Source of the DNA: Anolis carolinensis
Taxonomy: Eukaryota
NCBI RefSeq assembly: GCF_035594765.1
Contig: NW_026943821.1
Span: forward strand, 28,099,225-28,163,224
DNA length: 64,000 bases
Reading direction: 5' to 3'
In this document: positions 59,356 through 64,000 of the stretch, in pieces
Layout: the number at the start of each line of letters is the position of its first letter
How positions within the stretch are numbered: position 1 is the first letter of the stretch
Notes under the pieces: model-generated
Database searches by the model: none
Told to the model about the DNA's origin: nothing
The model's input: only the letters and a program-made list of their open reading frames with translations
Translations under genes and position numbers: made by a program

Positions 59356-62164
59356 ATGGGGGCCTGCCTGGGGGTCTGCTCCGTGCTCAGCTGTGTGAGT
59401 ATCTCCCCCCCCCACTCTCTCCCCGACCCCGCTTTCCCGGTGGGCGGGGCCACCTTCCTCCGAAAGTTCGCGCTTTCAGGTTCTTTCGGGAAGTGTCAAC
59501 TTCAAGGGAGACCAACGCTTGGGGTTTGGGCCCCACTTCCGAGAAAAAGACCCCCAGGAGCATGGCTTGCTTCGGAAGCCCCTCTGGCAGGCAATGGGCA
59601 CCCCCGCCCCGCCCCCCACCCGCCAGGTGTTTTGGACTCCAGCGCCCGCCATTCCTAGCTATAAAACGCCAATGAATGATATCGAATGCTTTCTCTGCAT
59701 CCAAGACCATCAACACTCCTTGCTGGTCATTATAACCTTGTAGATATAGCATTCTATACCATATACTCCGGGCATGGGCCAACTTCAGCCCTCCCTCCAG
59801 GTGTTTTGGACTCCAACTCCCGCCATTCCTAGCTATAAAACTCCAATGAATGATATCGAATGCCTTCTCTGACTCCCGAGAACATCAACACTCCTTGCTG
59901 GTCATTATAGTCCTGTAGATATATTCTATAGCCTTCTATACCATATATTCTGGGCCTGGGCCATTTTTGGTTCTCCCTCCTTCCAGGTATTTTGGACTCC
60001 ACCTCTCACCATTCCTAACAGCCTATCTATAAAACTCCAACAAATATTATCAAATGCCTTCTGCGTCCAAGAAGGTTAAAGCTCCTTGCTGGTCTTTATG
60101 CCTCTGTAGATCTATATATATATAAATGTAATGTGCATTTTTCTCATGGAGTAAACAACAAAACCATTGAACCAAATCACATCAAATTTGGCCACAAAAG
60201 ACATAGTCATCCAATCTATGTCTTTCAATAAAAAAAACCCTAGAAAAATAAAGTCCAAATTATAGAGAATGAGGAAGAGCCGCTTTACCCCTGGCTGCCA
60301 GTCAGAATGGTTGGCCCTGCCCCCTTTAGGCTTCACTCACTTTGTGTCCTAGCAACCCCCTCAGTTGTGTTCCTCAATACTTTATTTGCCATACCACCAC
60401 ACTTTGCCACAGCAACGCGTGGCTGAGCACAGCTAGTATATTCTATAGCATTTGATACCATGGAGGCCTGGGTCATCTTGGACTTCACCAGTAGGCTGTT
60501 AGGAATTGTGGGAGGTGGAGTCCAAAACATCCGGAGGACCGAAGGTGCCACCAAGTAGTTTGGAAGTGTAGGATTTCTGCAATGGGAAACATGTTGTGAG
60601 TGTAAAGCTATAGATAGAACAAAGAAGGGTGTGCCTGTTGTATCATTAAACCACTCGCACAGGTTTCCGCGCTGTCTTACTCATCGAGAAAAGTTACCAA
60701 ACATTGCTGGACTCATTCGTACACAAGGGAAAATTGTTTAAATGTAGGTCATCAGATTACGTGCAACCTTTAAATATAAAATGTAAAGAAATCTTTCAGG
60801 ATACATCTAGGAGTTCTTGTGAAGTCCCATCTAGGAGTTTTTGGGTGGGGTCAGGTGGTGAGATAGAAATAAAGTTTTGGGTTGTCGAAGGCTTTCGTGG
60901 TCGGAATCACTGGGTTGCTGTCTGGCCATGTTCCAGAAGCATTCTCTCCTGACGTTTCGCCCACATCCATGGCATGCCTGTTCAATGGTTGTGAGGTCTG
61001 TTGGAAACTTGGCAAGTGGGGTTTATATGTATTCTTGTCTCGCCAGGTGTCATGTCTTTGTGGATCGGCCCCTTGCCTCTTGTGCGGCTGCTGCCCCTCC
61101 AGCAAGAGTTCCACGGTCACTCGCCTGAGCTTCACCTTCTTCCTCTTCCTGGGCACGCTGGTGTCCATCATCATGATCATCCCCGGAGTAGAGGCAGAAC
61201 TCCACAAGGTGAGACGAGTACAGTTAGAGAATCGGATAATAACAGAGTCAATTGGAGGAGACCACATGGGCCATCTTGTCCAACCCACTGCCGTGCATGT
61301 ACCTGTCTGAGACATGTACCTGTCTGCCTATACATGTGTGTGTTTGGGATTTTTCAACCAACATGTAACATTGTGCATTTGTCTCTGTTGAATATCATGT
61401 CGTCAATTCCTACCCAGTTATCTACTTGATCTAGTTTCTTTTGAATTTTTCTATTGGTTTATCAGTCGACACTATGAAGAATATAATAGTTATTAGCAGA
61501 TGACTGTTTGCCTTTTCTCCCCACAGCTCCCTGGGTTCTGTGAAGGCAGCAACGCGCTCCCATACGTCCAAGGCCAGGTCAACTGCAAGTCCTTCCTGGG
61601 CCACAAAGCCGTGTACCGCATGTGCTTTGCAACCGCTGCTTTCTTCTTCCTGTTTGGTTTAATCATGATCTGTGTGAGGAACAGCAAGGACCCCAGAGCC
61701 GCCATCCAAAACGGGTGAGCTTGCCAGAATCCGTCAGTTTTATGGTGTCATAAATTAAGTTAAGTTAGCCTCCCCGCATTAAGCAGTACCTAGAATTTTC
61801 TACTTACAGACACATCTGCTTTCGAGCTGCTTAGGTCGACAGCAAACTAGGCTATTAATGGTCGGGAACTTTAACTCCGACCTGGGCTTTGAACCAATGA
61901 CCTCACGGTCAGTGGTGATTTATTGCTGCTGGCTACTAACCAGTTGGGCCACAGCCCGGCCCTGATATTGATGGATCTGTATTTATTGCACCGTATGTAT
62001 TGTTACATTATGAGTGCTTTGTAAGCCACCCCGAGTCCCTTTTGGGAGATGCTGGCGGGGTAGAAATAAAGTTATTATTATTATTTTATTGTATGACACA
62101 GCAAACAAGATAGACATGCTGGATTTCATATCACAAAATCAAAAGTCGAACACTTCCCAAGTTG

Positions 62165-62215
<51 letters not shown>

Positions 62216-63913
62216 GAATCCTCATGACCAGAGTCATAGTTCAGTGTTCAAACTACTGCAGTATGTGGTTGTTACAACTGTATGTATACAAACAAGCGCT
62301 GACGGACACACACATGCTTATATTCCCTTTTGTGTTAGAGCAACATAACTGTGTACGAAGGAGTGCCGTGTAGCCCATGCTTCAGGTGTGTGTTGGTACT
62401 CTCGCAAAGAACTTGGAACAGTTTTATCTGGATGTGATCCAAACAAGAGGCTTTTCCGAGGCCAGCCCACAATTGCATCCCTTTAGGCCCCTTCCACACA
62501 GCCATATAACCCAGAATATCAAGGCAGAGAATCCACAATGTCTGCTTTGAACTGGATTGTCTTGAGTCCACACTGCCATATGACCCAGCTCAGTGTGGAT
62601 GTTGTGCATCTGTGTGGAAGGGGCCTTTGTTGCCTCCCATTTGGACCGAGGGCTTTGGTCCTGATCCCTTAGAGATGCTGCCCGAGACCCTTCTTCATGT
62701 CAATGTGTTCTTTCTTCTCGTTGTCCATTTTAGGTTTTGGTTCTTCAAGTTCCTGATCCTGGTTGGAATAACCGTGGGCGCCTTCTATATTCCCGACAGG
62801 CCCTTCTCACACGGTACATGAAACCTTGTGTTTGTATAGAGGGTCCGTAAGGCAGAATGGTGGTTTTGGTGCATCACATGGAGTAGGGAGGGAGAAGGCC
62901 TTGCAATACCTATGTGCAATACAGATGGTTGTAACCTTCCTGGGGAAGTGGGCATTTCCTTAGAGACAGGGCTCCCTGTTCTGTATTATTGTCAAGCCTC
63001 CGCCTGAATAAAGGCCTTACCAAAGTGTTCTGTATTTTCATTCATGCCTGAGTTTCTGGATCTACAGACCTGGTAAGTAAGTATGTTTGCTGGATTACAT
63101 ATTATTATGTAATACCATATTGGTATTGGTATATATATATGGGTGATTGTTAATATATTTATTTAATATTTCAAAAACATTTGCATGTCACATGGCTCTT
63201 GGAAATAGTTTGTCCTGACTCTCCTTTTCTTTTCTTCGACTCAGTCTGGTTCTACTTTGGTGTGGTTGGCTCTTTCCTCTTCATCCTCATCCAGCTGATC
63301 CTCTTGATTGACTTTGCCCATTCCTGGAGTCAGATCTGGCTGCGAAATGCCGATGAAGGCAACAGCAAGTCCTGGTACGCAGGTATGCAAAGTCCATACA
63401 CGGCAGCCTTTCAACACATATTTCTGATGGTCTTAGGAACCCCTCTGGCAGAGAAGGCTGGATGCCGGTGAACTACAACTCCCAAACTCAAGGCCAATGC
63501 CCACCAAACCCTTCCAGTATTTCCTGTTAGTCATAGGCGTTCTATGTGCCAAGTTTGGTTCAATTGCATCGTTGGCAGAGTTCTGAATGCTCTTTGATTG
63601 CAGGTGAACTATACATCCCAGCAACTACAACTCCCAAATGCCAAGGTCTATTTTCCCCAAACTCAACCAGTGTTCAGATTTGGGCCTATTGAGTATTTGT
63701 GCTGAGTTTGGTCCAGACCCATATATTTTTTTCCCCCTCCCAGGCCTCTTTTTCTTCACCTTCCTCTTCTACGCGGCCTCCATTGCGGCGGTGGTGCTCT
63801 TGTACATCTACTACACCAAGTCGGACGGCTGTGCGGAAGGCAAGGCTCTCATCAGCCTTAATCTCATCTTCTGCGTGATCGTCTCCATTGTGTCCGTCCT
63901 GCCCAAGATCCAG
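59356..63913 (+). CDS. SERINC2: Serine incorporator 2, exons 1-6 (continues beyond the right edge)
   Basis: Exons 59356-59394, 61047-61208, 61527-61714, 62734-62813, 63245-63382, 63744-63913. Translation [30 protein letters not shown] ... [16 protein letters not shown] ... [18 protein letters not shown]. Confidence 0.97.
59620..60110 (-). repeat. Tandem copies of the same RT-fragment/MITE composite, SERINC2 intron 1
   Basis: Minus-strand translation [13 protein letters not shown]; about three units, the last interrupted by a Helitron. Confidence 0.75.
60111..60436 (+). mobile_element. Non-autonomous Helitron
   Basis: A|TC start and CTAG|T end; removing it restores the host repeat tgtaga-tatattctatagc. 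Confidence 0.82.
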
Positions 63914-64000
63914 GTCAGCGCCTGGGTTTGTGAGTTGCCTTGGGTCTTGGTGGTGAGATAGAAGTGGAAGGCAGAGGAGGAGGAAAAGAAGGGAGAAGGA

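Noticed and set aside
38203-63913. Interpreting the locus as FABP7-PKIB-SERINC1
   Set aside because: PUM1, SNRNP40 and ZCCHC17 mark the 1p35 block, and the SERINC N-terminus MGACLG, FABP TKPTTII and NKAIN TSG* fit SERINC2, FABP3 and NKAIN1.

Overview
Vertebrate genomic DNA from a squamate reptile, probably an Anolis lizard, judging by a Sauria SINE, Penelope-like elements, R4/Dong, CR1, L2, Helitrons, hAT/mariner MITEs and (TAA)n tracts. The window is a compact version of the human 1p35 gene block: PUM1 (-, exons 1-12, continues past the left edge), NKAIN1 (-), SNRNP40 (-), ZCCHC17 (+), FABP3 (-) and SERINC2 (+, exons 1-6, continues past the right edge). All exon boundaries were read by hand from GT-AG sites and frame. 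Main discovery: between FABP3 and SERINC2 lies an intact two-coding-exon, 75-aa gene for a cAMP-dependent protein kinase inhibitor (PKI), with the pseudosubstrate GRTGRRNAL and a leucine-rich export signal. Humans have no PKI gene here. The SERINC/PKI/FABP order and orientation copy SERINC1-PKIB-FABP7, so this looks like a fourth vertebrate PKI ohnolog. Other notable items: an intronic SNORD103/SNORD85-family snoRNA in PUM1; Penelope-derived minimal hammerhead ribozyme motifs; a retro-insertion whose target-site duplication doubled a 5' splice site of SNRNP40; a perfect 56-bp hairpin in the putative PKI 3' UTR; two full CREs in the promoter facing away from the PKI gene; and several tandem arrays built from transposon ends.
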